NCBI GenBank assembly: GCA_964398475.1
Contig: CAYNMP010000003.1
Location: 137,269 to 201,268 of the forward strand
DNA: 64,000 nucleotides
Source: an uncultured Chitinophagaceae bacterium
GTDB lineage: Bacteria; Bacteroidota; Bacteroidia; Chitinophagales; LD1
Direction of reading: 5' to 3'
A program made the translations under genes and the position numbers. Positions 40,610-49,411 of the stretch are shown piece by piece (within the stretch, counting starts at the first letter, position 1; the number at the start of each line of letters is the position of its first letter). The notes under the pieces are model-generated. The model made no database searches and had not been told where the DNA came from. It saw nothing but the letters and a program-made list of their open reading frames with translations.

Positions 40610-41428
40610 TTAGCTCTCCTTTATGTGTTCTACCCATTCAAAATAATTCGTTGTGCGCTTATGTTCTGCTCCGGCACAAACACTCTCTAAATCGGCATCG
40701 CAAATCACCCTACACGTCAATTCAGTATCCTTATTTATTGTATTGGCTGCTTTACGAGATAGCGTAGCCAAAGTAACCCCTACCGCCAAATCTGCAGTAA
40801 ATGAACCGCTCAGCGTCTTCAGTTGCCGTAATGTTTCTTCATCGCAGCCTCCAACATAAGCCAGTGCTATGCCTACTCCTCGCCATAAATCCTGTTTTCG
40901 TTCTTCAGAAAATGGCGTTATTACGTTAGTCAAGGTTTCAGGTTCTGCTTTAGCGGTGTACCACATCGAACGCCCTAAGCCTTGGTCGTACCCCCTGTGA
41001 AAGTTGCCGTTCAGCCATTCCGGTGTTTTCATTTCCTTCACAGCTATACGTTGCTTAAAGGTGCCTTCACAATAACCTACTCCATCTAATACACGCGGTA
41101 CTTGTTGTAGTTCAACAACCACTTCCACTTGCTCAATAGCAATCTTGCGTTTTGCTATCGCCCAGCCCAAGCCAATATGAATTTGTGTACTATGCTCCGG
41201 AGCCTGTTGCAAAAAGGCTTGCCAGTGCGGTAATGCGAAAGCATTCGCATTAAAATCAAGAAGCGCACGCTCCATGGCAGACGCTTCATACGCTATCGAA
41301 ATAAATGTTTTATCGTTTTGCTCCAATAATGCTATTAAAGTCGCGTCATCCGTTGTTTCGCTGGCGGTTATAGCCGATGCCTGAAACAACTGCTGAATAA
41401 GCGCCATATTCGCAACCGCCTTTTGCAT
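40610..41428 (-). CDS. DUF1702-like protein (unknown function)
   Basis: 272 aa. Segments IAYEASAMERALLD, IHIGLGWAIAKR, LDGVGYCEG, YDQGLGRSMWY and DLWRGVGIALAYVGG match my recollection of the DUF1702 pattern. The start shares one base with the halogenase stop (TAATG, 41426-41430). Confidence 0.5.
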   Translation of the reverse strand: MQKAVANMALIQQLFQASAITASETTDDATLIALLEQNDKTFISIAYEASAMERALLDFNANAFALPHWQAFLQQAPEHSTQIHIGLGWAIAKRKIAIEQVEVVVELQQVPRVLDGVGYCEGTFKQRIAVKEMKTPEWLNGNFHRGYDQGLGRSMWYTAKAEPETLTNVITPFSEERKQDLWRGVGIALAYVGGCDEETLRQLKTLSGSFTADLAVGVTLATLSRKAANTINKDTELTCRVICDADLESVCAGAEHKRTTNYFEWVEHIKES

Positions 41429-43113
41429 TAGGCCATTTCTTTCACTTCATAAAACCACAGCAAACTCACATCATCCACTACATTTTGAGCAGGTGTTACC
41501 GCACCAGTGGGTATGATATTTGGATTTACACTCTCCAAATCAAATGTGTATGGGTTGATTGCCATATCTACCGGAGTGTCTTTCGCTTGCGAACTCACTA
41601 ACCTGAAAATGCAAGTAGCCATTTGTTCCAATATTCCCATATTTTCGTTCAATTGGACTTCTAACAATTGGTCGGTTTCATGTACTTTTTCCAAACCTAA
41701 TTGGAATGCACGCATAAAGCGAATGTCAAACGGGTCGATGTATCTATTCTCAAAAACCTCTGTCTGATAGGGTTTCCAAGCTACAAACATATTTTGCATA
41801 CGCATGTTCAGCGTAGCCAATTTATCGCCCAATCCATTTTCAGTTCCAAATAAGCGCTTCAATAATTTCAAATTCACAAAGCCATTGTTGGTAAACATCA
41901 ACGAGTGAATCGACCAATACACCGCCCAATCCCAGAAGATTTTAATCACCATAATCTGCGAATTCTCCAACAACTGATATTTGTTGTGATAAATCGGCAC
42001 CCAATTCTCAACCTGACGTAGAAACGCCTGTTCATAAACCTTTGCACGTACCGAAATATCTTCGCCTTGCACATCACGTAAAATTAAATCAGATAACCAT
42101 GTATTGGCTAAGGCAATAAAATCGCTTCCCGGTGAATACAACGGATCAAGGAATGCGCCCGATTCACCGGTTAATCCCCAACGTTCTTCAGCACTGTACA
42201 TGCGGGTGGTGTTGTGCGCAAAATGTTTTAATTGCATGAAGTCGAGTACGTTCGGAGTTTCCGGTTCTAGTTTGCTGTACACCTGTGGTTCATTCACTTT
42301 CAACCACTCCATTGCTTTTTCATAAGTGTTGTAGCTGGTAAGCGGATGAATATCCTGATCGGCTACAATACCAATACTCGTGCAGCCTGTACCTAAAGGA
42401 ATAATCCAAACCCAGTAGCCTTTATCCATAAAGTGAACGGTGCTCAAATAACGTAACTTTGGCTCAAGTTTGCTTTTCCATACTTCGTTATCTGTCCACG
42501 TATCAACATCCACAACGCTTTTCACTCGCCACCACACCGAGTTGATGTTATGGTCTAACTCTTTCTGAAACCCTAATTTTCGCTTTATAAGCGATGCTCT
42601 AGAAGCGGCATCTACCACCCATTTGCCGGAAATAGTATATTCCTCTCCATTCAATTTATACGTAACTGTATTTCCTTCTTTCGTTAAATTGAAATCCTTT
42701 ACAATAGCACCACTGATAAACTTTACGCCTAAAGCTTGTACATGTTTTATCATGTAATTTTCAAAAGTTCCTCTATCGATTTGGTGACTTGGCACAACTA
42801 ATTTTCTACGTGGACCTAATTCCACACGTGTAGTAATATCATTTTTGTTGTTCGATTTGAAAAAGGCACGCAGTCCGTGTTTGGGCAATTCATGTGTTTC
42901 CAAATACTCTTTCATGCCCAACACATTTCTAAAGTAATGGCTTGCCAACTCTACGGTTGACTCTCCCACTTTATGTGCTGCCATTGGCGCATCGCCTTCG
43001 CGTTTTTCCAATATCAGAATGGATATATCTGGGTTCGAACGTTTGAGTTGAATGGATAAGGTGAGCGCAGCAAGACCGCCCCCCAAAACGATAACATCAT
43101 ATTGTTTTTCCAT
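41428..43113 (-). CDS. Flavin-dependent halogenase
   Basis: 561 aa. FAD-binding YDVIVLGGGLAALTL. HKVGES segment. The halogenase-diagnostic WxWxIP motif is present (GYWVWIIPLG). Confidence 0.7.
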   Translation of the reverse strand: MEKQYDVIVLGGGLAALTLSIQLKRSNPDISILILEKREGDAPMAAHKVGESTVELASHYFRNVLGMKEYLETHELPKHGLRAFFKSNNKNDITTRVELGPRRKLVVPSHQIDRGTFENYMIKHVQALGVKFISGAIVKDFNLTKEGNTVTYKLNGEEYTISGKWVVDAASRASLIKRKLGFQKELDHNINSVWWRVKSVVDVDTWTDNEVWKSKLEPKLRYLSTVHFMDKGYWVWIIPLGTGCTSIGIVADQDIHPLTSYNTYEKAMEWLKVNEPQVYSKLEPETPNVLDFMQLKHFAHNTTRMYSAEERWGLTGESGAFLDPLYSPGSDFIALANTWLSDLILRDVQGEDISVRAKVYEQAFLRQVENWVPIYHNKYQLLENSQIMVIKIFWDWAVYWSIHSLMFTNNGFVNLKLLKRLFGTENGLGDKLATLNMRMQNMFVAWKPYQTEVFENRYIDPFDIRFMRAFQLGLEKVHETDQLLEVQLNENMGILEQMATCIFRLVSSQAKDTPVDMAINPYTFDLESVNPNIIPTGAVTPAQNVVDDVSLLWFYEVKEMA

Positions 43114-43243
43114 AAGGTGAATTTAGTAGTATAAAAGTAGGTTAAATTCTGATTTTGTATATAAAAAATAGTGGCTGATTGTTGTCATGAAACAACACTA
43201 TAACTGAATTGTTCACCACTCGATAAAAAAGAGGAATTGCTTT

Positions 43244-44323
43244 TTAAGCCTGCTGCAATAAAATCAAACTGTAGCGTTTTCCCCAGAAATGATTAAGCAT
43301 TAACACGTTTTTGATAGACGAAAGTGGAGCCGTTTGGTTTACTTTAGTAATCTCCGGAATTGCTTGGTGACGAAGGATTTTGCAACCCAACCACATGCCA
43401 AACGATGCAGCAGTGCAATAATCGCCACATAGGTGTTTGAAGGCTAGAAATTGCTTTCCGTCAAATACATTATTTAAAGCAATATTGCTCATGGTATCAA
43501 GTTGAGTATCACCACCGGCACCGTTTATAACAACATCAATAGCATTGGCATCGAGATTGTTTTCGGTTAGAAGGGTGTGAATTTGTGCTTGTAATTCGCC
43601 CGCATCTTCCGGACGGTAAATCGTTTTCACGCCCAATAATTTGGCATAAGCATTTGACGTTTTTTCTGTTCCTAAAGTAAAGAACGCTGCGCCTTCGCCT
43701 TCAATGGTGCCTTGTCCGTCTGATTGAAACAACGTTAAATTATTGATATTTTTGCGTTTGTGTAAGCCATCGAATTGTTTAATGGCATGCTGTTCTTTGT
43801 TAGTTTCATCGAAAGCTCCCAATAATATTCGTTTTGAAGGAGTATCGGTCATTTGCATCAACGCATCTTGCAATGCATTTTCAAACGAAAAACCACGATG
43901 CGCATAGGTAGTGTTATAGTTATTACACTTCATGTTCATGGCAATAGCTCCCGAAATAGTGTTGTAGGTGCTTTGCATGAAGAATGTAGGCGTAAGTTGC
44001 TTTTCTCCGTTGTTTAAAATTTCCCAAAGAAAATTGCTGGTATCCCCAATCGCACCATATCCTGAAGCCGTGATAATGGCATCGGGCATGTCGAGTTGAG
44101 CATCTTGCGCACAAATTTTGGCAGCCGATAAGCCAATGCGCAGCAAGCGACTCATTCTGCGCAAAGCAACAGGATGAATATAGTTTTTGAATTCCGGCAA
44201 AACACAAGGCAATACATTGTCGTTGTATTCGCTGATTTCGTTGAGGAATTCGCTGTTATCGAATGTTTTCTGCGGGGAAATATTTCCCAAACCCTGTACA
44301 TAAAAAGTGGTTGTGTTTTCCAT
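43244..44323 (-). CDS. Beta-ketoacyl synthase paralogue lacking the catalytic triad (chain-length-factor-like)
   Basis: Start trimmed to ATG 44323 (MENTTTFYVQGLG...), 10 nt after the KS stop. Aligned by eye to the adjacent KS: the Cys position reads STYNTISG, the first His region reads INGAGGD, and the second reads CGDYCTAA. Confidence 0.7.
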   Translation of the reverse strand: MENTTTFYVQGLGNISPQKTFDNSEFLNEISEYNDNVLPCVLPEFKNYIHPVALRRMSRLLRIGLSAAKICAQDAQLDMPDAIITASGYGAIGDTSNFLWEILNNGEKQLTPTFFMQSTYNTISGAIAMNMKCNNYNTTYAHRGFSFENALQDALMQMTDTPSKRILLGAFDETNKEQHAIKQFDGLHKRKNINNLTLFQSDGQGTIEGEGAAFFTLGTEKTSNAYAKLLGVKTIYRPEDAGELQAQIHTLLTENNLDANAIDVVINGAGGDTQLDTMSNIALNNVFDGKQFLAFKHLCGDYCTAASFGMWLGCKILRHQAIPEITKVNQTAPLSSIKNVLMLNHFWGKRYSLILLQQA

Positions 44324-44333
44324 GCTTTTGTAA

Positions 44334-45542
44334 TCAGACTTTAGAAAATAATAGAGAGGTGTTACTGCCGCCAAAACCGAAAGAATTCGACAGCACATGA
44401 TTCACTTCCACGTTTTGCATTAACTCCTTCAATGGTGAAATACTAATTTCCGGCATTTGGTTTTCGAAATTCAAATTCGGAAACAATACATTATTTTGAA
44501 TGCTTAAAATCGAGAATACAGCTTCTACACTACCCGCTGCGGCTAAAGTGTGGCCGGTATAAGGTTTGGTAGAACTGAAAAAAGGCACGTGCTCTTGAAA
44601 CAATTTTTGAATAGCTAAGGCTTCTGATAAGTCGTTGTTTTCAGTACCCGTTCCATGGCAATTGATATAGTCTACTGCTTTCAGTTCAACGCCTGCCATG
44701 GCTATAGCGCGCGACATTGAAAGCAATGCTCCATCGCCATCCGGTGAAGATGCTGTTTGATGAAAAGCATCATTTGAATTGCTGTAACCGGTTAATTCAA
44801 CAAGTGGTTTTTTATTGAATTTGGCAACCATTTCTTCCGATTCCAAAACAACGAAAGCCGCGCCTTCACCTAGGTTAACGCCACCGCGCTGGGCATCAAA
44901 AGGATGCATCGCACGTTTATCTAAAATCATCAACGAATTGAATCCATTGAGGGTGAACTTTGAAAGCACATCACTTCCCCCACAAACTACTCGGTCTAGA
45001 ACCCCGTGTTTAATGAGCTCTGCGCCTAATATTATAGCATTAGATGCAGAAGAACAGGCCGTACTTGTAGTGCTCACATAATCTTTAAACCCAAATAAAT
45101 CAGCTACTCGCTCGGTGTGTTCACCGGCATCAGTAACGTGAGCGTAGTTTCTGAAATCTCCGTCTTTAGAGAGGTCGGTTAAGTCGGTTAATATATTTTC
45201 GAATTCACGCATACCGCCAACGGTGGTAGATGATATCAATCCGGTACGAGCTTCTTTTATGTTTTCAATATTGGCCGATGCTAATGCCTCCCGACAAGCA
45301 ATAAGGGCAATTAATGCTGTTCTTGTGAAGCCACTATTAGGTTGTACTCCTGCAATCGAACATAATTCTTCATCGGTCAGTTTTATTTCACCAACCGGAA
45401 TCGTTTCGCTGTGAATGGAGGGAAATAGTTCTAGTTTGCCAATGCCGGAACGCTTATGGAGCAATGCGTCCAGGTGTTCATTCGTGTTTTTACCAATGGA
45501 CGTAATTATCCCTGTTCCGGTAATAAACACTTTGCGGCTCAT
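44334..45542 (-). CDS. Beta-ketoacyl-ACP synthase (FabF/FabB-like KS)
   Basis: 402 aa. Active-site Cys in TTSTACSSASNAI. His motifs NCHGTGT and TGHTLAAAG. C-terminal SFGFGGSN. Confidence 0.85.
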   Translation of the reverse strand: MSRKVFITGTGIITSIGKNTNEHLDALLHKRSGIGKLELFPSIHSETIPVGEIKLTDEELCSIAGVQPNSGFTRTALIALIACREALASANIENIKEARTGLISSTTVGGMREFENILTDLTDLSKDGDFRNYAHVTDAGEHTERVADLFGFKDYVSTTSTACSSASNAIILGAELIKHGVLDRVVCGGSDVLSKFTLNGFNSLMILDKRAMHPFDAQRGGVNLGEGAAFVVLESEEMVAKFNKKPLVELTGYSNSNDAFHQTASSPDGDGALLSMSRAIAMAGVELKAVDYINCHGTGTENNDLSEALAIQKLFQEHVPFFSSTKPYTGHTLAAAGSVEAVFSILSIQNNVLFPNLNFENQMPEISISPLKELMQNVEVNHVLSNSFGFGGSNTSLLFSKV

Positions 45543-45805
45543 GCAGTTTTCGAAGCTTGTTGTTCACGGATGAATTCAGCCATGGTTGTCACGGTTTGAA
45601 ATGCCTGACGTCCCACTTTCGGATCTTCAATTTTAATGCCGTAGTTTTTCTCTAACATCACAATTAACTCCAACGAGTCTATAGAGTCCAATCCAAAATC
45701 AGGTCCAAACAAAGGGGTGTTTTCATCAAACTCCTCAGGCGTCATGCCTTCTAGGTTCAAACGACTAATGATTTCTTTCTTTAAGTTGTATATCAATTCA
45801 TCCAT
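45539..45805 (-). CDS. Acyl carrier protein
   Basis: 88 aa. Phosphopantetheine attachment motif GLDSIDSLELIVMLE. The stop overlaps the KS start (ATGA). Confidence 0.85.
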   Translation of the reverse strand: MDELIYNLKKEIISRLNLEGMTPEEFDENTPLFGPDFGLDSIDSLELIVMLEKNYGIKIEDPKVGRQAFQTVTTMAEFIREQQASKTA

Positions 45806-45870
45806 GGTGCAAATATAATAAAGAATGGTAATTTCCTTTTTGGGTTAATTCCTTAAACACAAATTAGCGA

Positions 45871-47154
45871 TTATCCTTTGTTCATCCGCGATTTGTAAAT
45901 CCAAAAACTCAAAACAAGTAACGCCACACCAAACAAAACCAAGCGGAAAATGTTCGGCAAAATAGCGGCAGTGTTTGCATTTCTCAAAAACAAATCGTTA
46001 CAAGCTTCTAAGCCCCAGCTCATTGGCGAAAAATGGCTAATGGCCTGTAAGGTTGGCGGCATTACGTATGTTGGAACCCATACGCCTCCGAGGGCTGCAA
46101 GCAATACCACTGAAACCGATCCGAATGCTAATGCCTGATGGTGCGTTTTAAAGAACACGGCAACTAATAATCCATAAGCTGTAGCCGCTATTCCTACGGC
46201 CATAGCGGTGAGAACAACACCTTCATAATTGGTTCCCAGTGAAAGACGTGCTAGCCCTAGTTTCGGCAGAAGGTAAATACCTATCGCCATCATTAATGCG
46301 AACTGCAACAAGCAAATCATGAAATAGAACAAATACTTTCCTGCAATCACCGGAAACGAAGAGCCGGAGATCAATCGCAAACGCAACATACTTCCCTCTT
46401 CGCGCTCTTTAATGAAATTACCGGCTAATGGAAACAAAATCAAAAACATGGCAAACATGGTCCATGCCGGTACGTTATGTTGCACCGAATTGGTGGTGGC
46501 GATTGCGGTTGAAGGCTGTTCGGTTTCTTTCACTACCAACGAATTGCTGAAATCAATTACCTGTTTTTTCTGTTCCGAACCCAATGCAGCCATTTGTGTT
46601 TTCAGGTTTTCGATAATCAGTTTCGATTGTGCATTGGCTGCAATTTTTTCAATGGCATTGCTAATGGCTAATTTGAAATTGACTTTTGTTACCGGATCAA
46701 ACACAAGCTCTATCGCTATTTCACGGTTGTCAACGGTATCTTTTACTTCATCGCCAAATCCAAAATTTGCCATCAGTTGCGCTACCGAATGTTTTACTTT
46801 CTTGTTTAAGGTCTTCGAAGCGTTTTGTGGTAGAATAATGGCTGCCTTGTATTTGCCGCTATGCACCCATTCGCTAGCTTGTACTTTAGTAATGGGCTGT
46901 CCGTTAACGCTGGTTACCAATTCCAAATTCTTGGCTTCTCGAAGTGAATGTTCAAATACTTCGCCCAACGAATCTTTATCGTTGTTTACATATAACACTT
47001 GAAATTTCAAATCTTGATAATCTCTGAACGGTGCATCTTGTACCAAAGCCATTACAGTTACCAAAATTAGCGGCATCAAAAAAATCATAGCTAAGCCTCC
47101 CATGTCGCGAAGCAACAACAGCAATTCTTTTCGTATGGTGGCTAATATTTTCAT
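45871..47154 (-). CDS. ABC-2-type transporter permease
   Basis: 427 aa. N-terminal TM helix, a large extracytoplasmic loop, then about five C-terminal TM helices. Lies 17 nt downstream of an ABC ATPase gene. Confidence 0.75.
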   Translation of the reverse strand: MKILATIRKELLLLLRDMGGLAMIFLMPLILVTVMALVQDAPFRDYQDLKFQVLYVNNDKDSLGEVFEHSLREAKNLELVTSVNGQPITKVQASEWVHSGKYKAAIILPQNASKTLNKKVKHSVAQLMANFGFGDEVKDTVDNREIAIELVFDPVTKVNFKLAISNAIEKIAANAQSKLIIENLKTQMAALGSEQKKQVIDFSNSLVVKETEQPSTAIATTNSVQHNVPAWTMFAMFLILFPLAGNFIKEREEGSMLRLRLISGSSFPVIAGKYLFYFMICLLQFALMMAIGIYLLPKLGLARLSLGTNYEGVVLTAMAVGIAATAYGLLVAVFFKTHHQALAFGSVSVVLLAALGGVWVPTYVMPPTLQAISHFSPMSWGLEACNDLFLRNANTAAILPNIFRLVLFGVALLVLSFWIYKSRMNKG

Positions 47155-47171
47155 TAGTTCAATTCACGCCA

Positions 47172-47918
47172 TTAATCGCGCATGCTTTTTCCGGTTAAAT
47201 GCAGAAATAATTCTTCTATGTCTTTGCAATTCGTGTTTTGTTGCAAAAGCTCTTCACGTGTGCCTTCTGCGATTAATTTTCCTTCGTCCATAATACCAAA
47301 GCGAGTACATAATTTTTCGGCTTCTTCCATCAAGTGCGAAGAATACAAAATCGTCATGCCCTTATGGTTTAAGCCTTTCAGGATGTCGATGATTAAATTG
47401 CGCGAGTGTACATCTACGCCTGCCGTTGGTTCATCGATGATGAGTAACTTCGGTTCATGTAATAATGCCGCAATGAGGTTTAATCTTCTTTTCATTCCCC
47501 CTGAGAATGAAGCTACCTGTTCGTTTAATTTTGATGTGAGTCCGAATGCTTCTACATAATGCGCAATGGTTTCACGCAATTTTTTTCCGCGCAAACCATA
47601 CATGTTTCCAAAGTATGTCAAGTTTTCTGCAGCAGTAAGGGTTGGAAAAAGGGCGATTTCTTGAGGCGCAACACCAATTAAAGAACGAATGGTAGCGCTT
47701 TTGCTTTTTGCATCGAAACCCAAAACGTTGATTTCTCCTGAGCTGTAGGGAGTAAGTCCGCAAATCATCATCACTGAAGTAGATTTTCCGGCACCATTAG
47801 GTCCGAGCAAACCATAGATTTCACCTTCGTTTACTTGCAAAGAAAGTCCTTGTACCGCGGGCTGTTTAGCTCCGGTGTAGGTTTTTACAACTTTGTTCAA
47901 TGCAATGGCTATGCTCAT
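47172..47918 (-). CDS. ABC transporter ATP-binding protein
   Basis: Walker A GLLGPNGAGKST, signature FSGGMKRRL, Walker B LLIIDEPTAGVD. ATG 47918 overlaps the upstream stop (ATGA). Confidence 0.9.
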   Translation of the reverse strand: MSIAIALNKVVKTYTGAKQPAVQGLSLQVNEGEIYGLLGPNGAGKSTSVMMICGLTPYSSGEINVLGFDAKSKSATIRSLIGVAPQEIALFPTLTAAENLTYFGNMYGLRGKKLRETIAHYVEAFGLTSKLNEQVASFSGGMKRRLNLIAALLHEPKLLIIDEPTAGVDVHSRNLIIDILKGLNHKGMTILYSSHLMEEAEKLCTRFGIMDEGKLIAEGTREELLQQNTNCKDIEELFLHLTGKSMRD

Positions 47919-48925
47919 AATCTGGCTTTCGCCCAAAGGAATAGTTTATCAAAAAGTACTTGTTCTTTTTTGCCGATTTCATAAAGCATATCAGCGAGTT
48001 GGTCGAAGGTAACCGTATCCGATTTTCTGTTCTTACAAACGCGACTAGCTTCGTAGGCAAAAGCTCGCCATAGATCGCCAATAGCCGTCAATTCTTTCGA
48101 CATATTGAACAGTTCTTCGTCTTTTAATATAACACTTGCTTTATCCAAGAAAGCCGCATAAATAAAGCGAAATCCGGCTCCACCGGTGCCAATTTCTTCT
48201 TGCATGCGCACTACATTGCCTAACCATAAAACCGATTTTCTCGGACCTAGTTTCTTTGGCCAGTTGCGCATTCGATTCGCTAAATATTTTATGCCATTCG
48301 CACCCAAAATAGGCATAGGTGTTTTCGCCATAAAGAAGGCCACATGTTTAATGGCTTTAATCATAGCTTTATTTAAATCATACGATTTTGGGAACACCAC
48401 CGGATAGTATAATTTTCCTTTTGGTTCTGGTATGCCTTTCGCGAAACGCGCACGCTGTAAGTCTTCCGGCAAAATTTCAGTAACACCTTCCAATGTGGGG
48501 TCGCTCACTAAATACTTGCCATTCTCTTTACCGTATACAATAATGTTATGCGCATTAAAATGAAATCGATAGGCATCGGGTAAGTACGTTAAATAGAAAA
48601 CAGAAGTAAGCATACCCACCGGAATTCCTTGTTCTAGCAGGGCATCCAGCGCTTCCATTCCTTTTTGTTCGTTGCTAAAGGTTTGGCTTTTTACTTTAAT
48701 GCCTAGACTATTTGCGAAGCGTTTGAAAATATAGCTAGGCATAGTTCGGAACGATGTAACCGGAATGCCGCCCATTTTCAAAAAAGGGAAATAAGAAAAA
48801 AATAATCCTGCACCAATCCCAAATACCATAGGTTCATCAAATTCCATTCCGTGGAAACGCAATAGGTTTGACACTACTCCGTTCTCACAATGTGCTGACT
48901 GTCTATGTTCAAAGGGAATTCTCAT
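47915..48925 (-). CDS. BtrH N-terminal-domain-like protein (papain/C39-like fold, possible ACP-dependent acyltransferase)
   Basis: 336 aa. N-terminus FEHRQSAHCENGVVSNLLRFHGMEFDEPMVFGIGAGLFFSYF matches my recollection of the BtrH_N pattern, including the conserved Cys. Confidence 0.6.
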   Translation of the reverse strand: MRIPFEHRQSAHCENGVVSNLLRFHGMEFDEPMVFGIGAGLFFSYFPFLKMGGIPVTSFRTMPSYIFKRFANSLGIKVKSQTFSNEQKGMEALDALLEQGIPVGMLTSVFYLTYLPDAYRFHFNAHNIIVYGKENGKYLVSDPTLEGVTEILPEDLQRARFAKGIPEPKGKLYYPVVFPKSYDLNKAMIKAIKHVAFFMAKTPMPILGANGIKYLANRMRNWPKKLGPRKSVLWLGNVVRMQEEIGTGGAGFRFIYAAFLDKASVILKDEELFNMSKELTAIGDLWRAFAYEASRVCKNRKSDTVTFDQLADMLYEIGKKEQVLFDKLFLWAKARL

Positions 48926-49365
48926 GCGTTATTATTTTCAGTAGCACCCGTTCTCGGATCTTTGAATTTGGTGATATCCATTAATTCCTCACGCGTGATG
49001 CGAAATGCAAAAGCGTATTTATCTAGTGTTTTTGAACTCAATCGGTTGAAGAAAAAAGGTTTGGTGTGTAGCCAAACAATAAAACTCAATGTGCCCACAT
49101 AACCTGCTATAATCTCGTAGGTCATGATGTTTTGTTCTTTGTAAAACAAAACCGGACTAGCATCGCCATTCAACACTTTTTCTCGTGCGTCTTCAATATT
49201 TTCGTGTACTACATCCCAAGCTTGGCGCATCACCACGGTTTCTGCCTCCCAGCCAATGCTGTTCAGCTTTTCGTAGTGCCCTTTTTCATCGGTGGCATAA
49301 TAGAGTTTGGCTAATTTTCCTTCGTTGAGGTTATCGGTGTCTTGCGGTACTTCTTCTTTTTTCAT
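48922..49365 (-). CDS. Hypothetical protein with one predicted TM helix
   Basis: 147-aa ORF. Its stop overlaps the start of the downstream BtrH-like gene (ATGA). Hydrophobic segment EIIAGYVGTLSFIVWL. No family recognised. Confidence 0.5.
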   Translation of the reverse strand: MKKEEVPQDTDNLNEGKLAKLYYATDEKGHYEKLNSIGWEAETVVMRQAWDVVHENIEDAREKVLNGDASPVLFYKEQNIMTYEIIAGYVGTLSFIVWLHTKPFFFNRLSSKTLDKYAFAFRITREELMDITKFKDPRTGATENNNA

Positions 49366-49411
49366 GGTAGGATATACATTTGATTCCTCTCAAGGAATGC
49401 AGAAGTTATAG

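Noticed and set aside
46412-47002. 196-aa plus-strand ORF inside the ABC-2 permease gene. Similar long antisense ORFs occur at 52122-52685 (187 aa, opposite ppx) and 4190-4675 (161 aa, opposite the P/T-rich linker).
   Set aside because: They lie entirely antisense to well-supported genes. Their composition is low-complexity and Cys/Ser/Phe-rich with no recognisable motifs. They are shadow ORFs.
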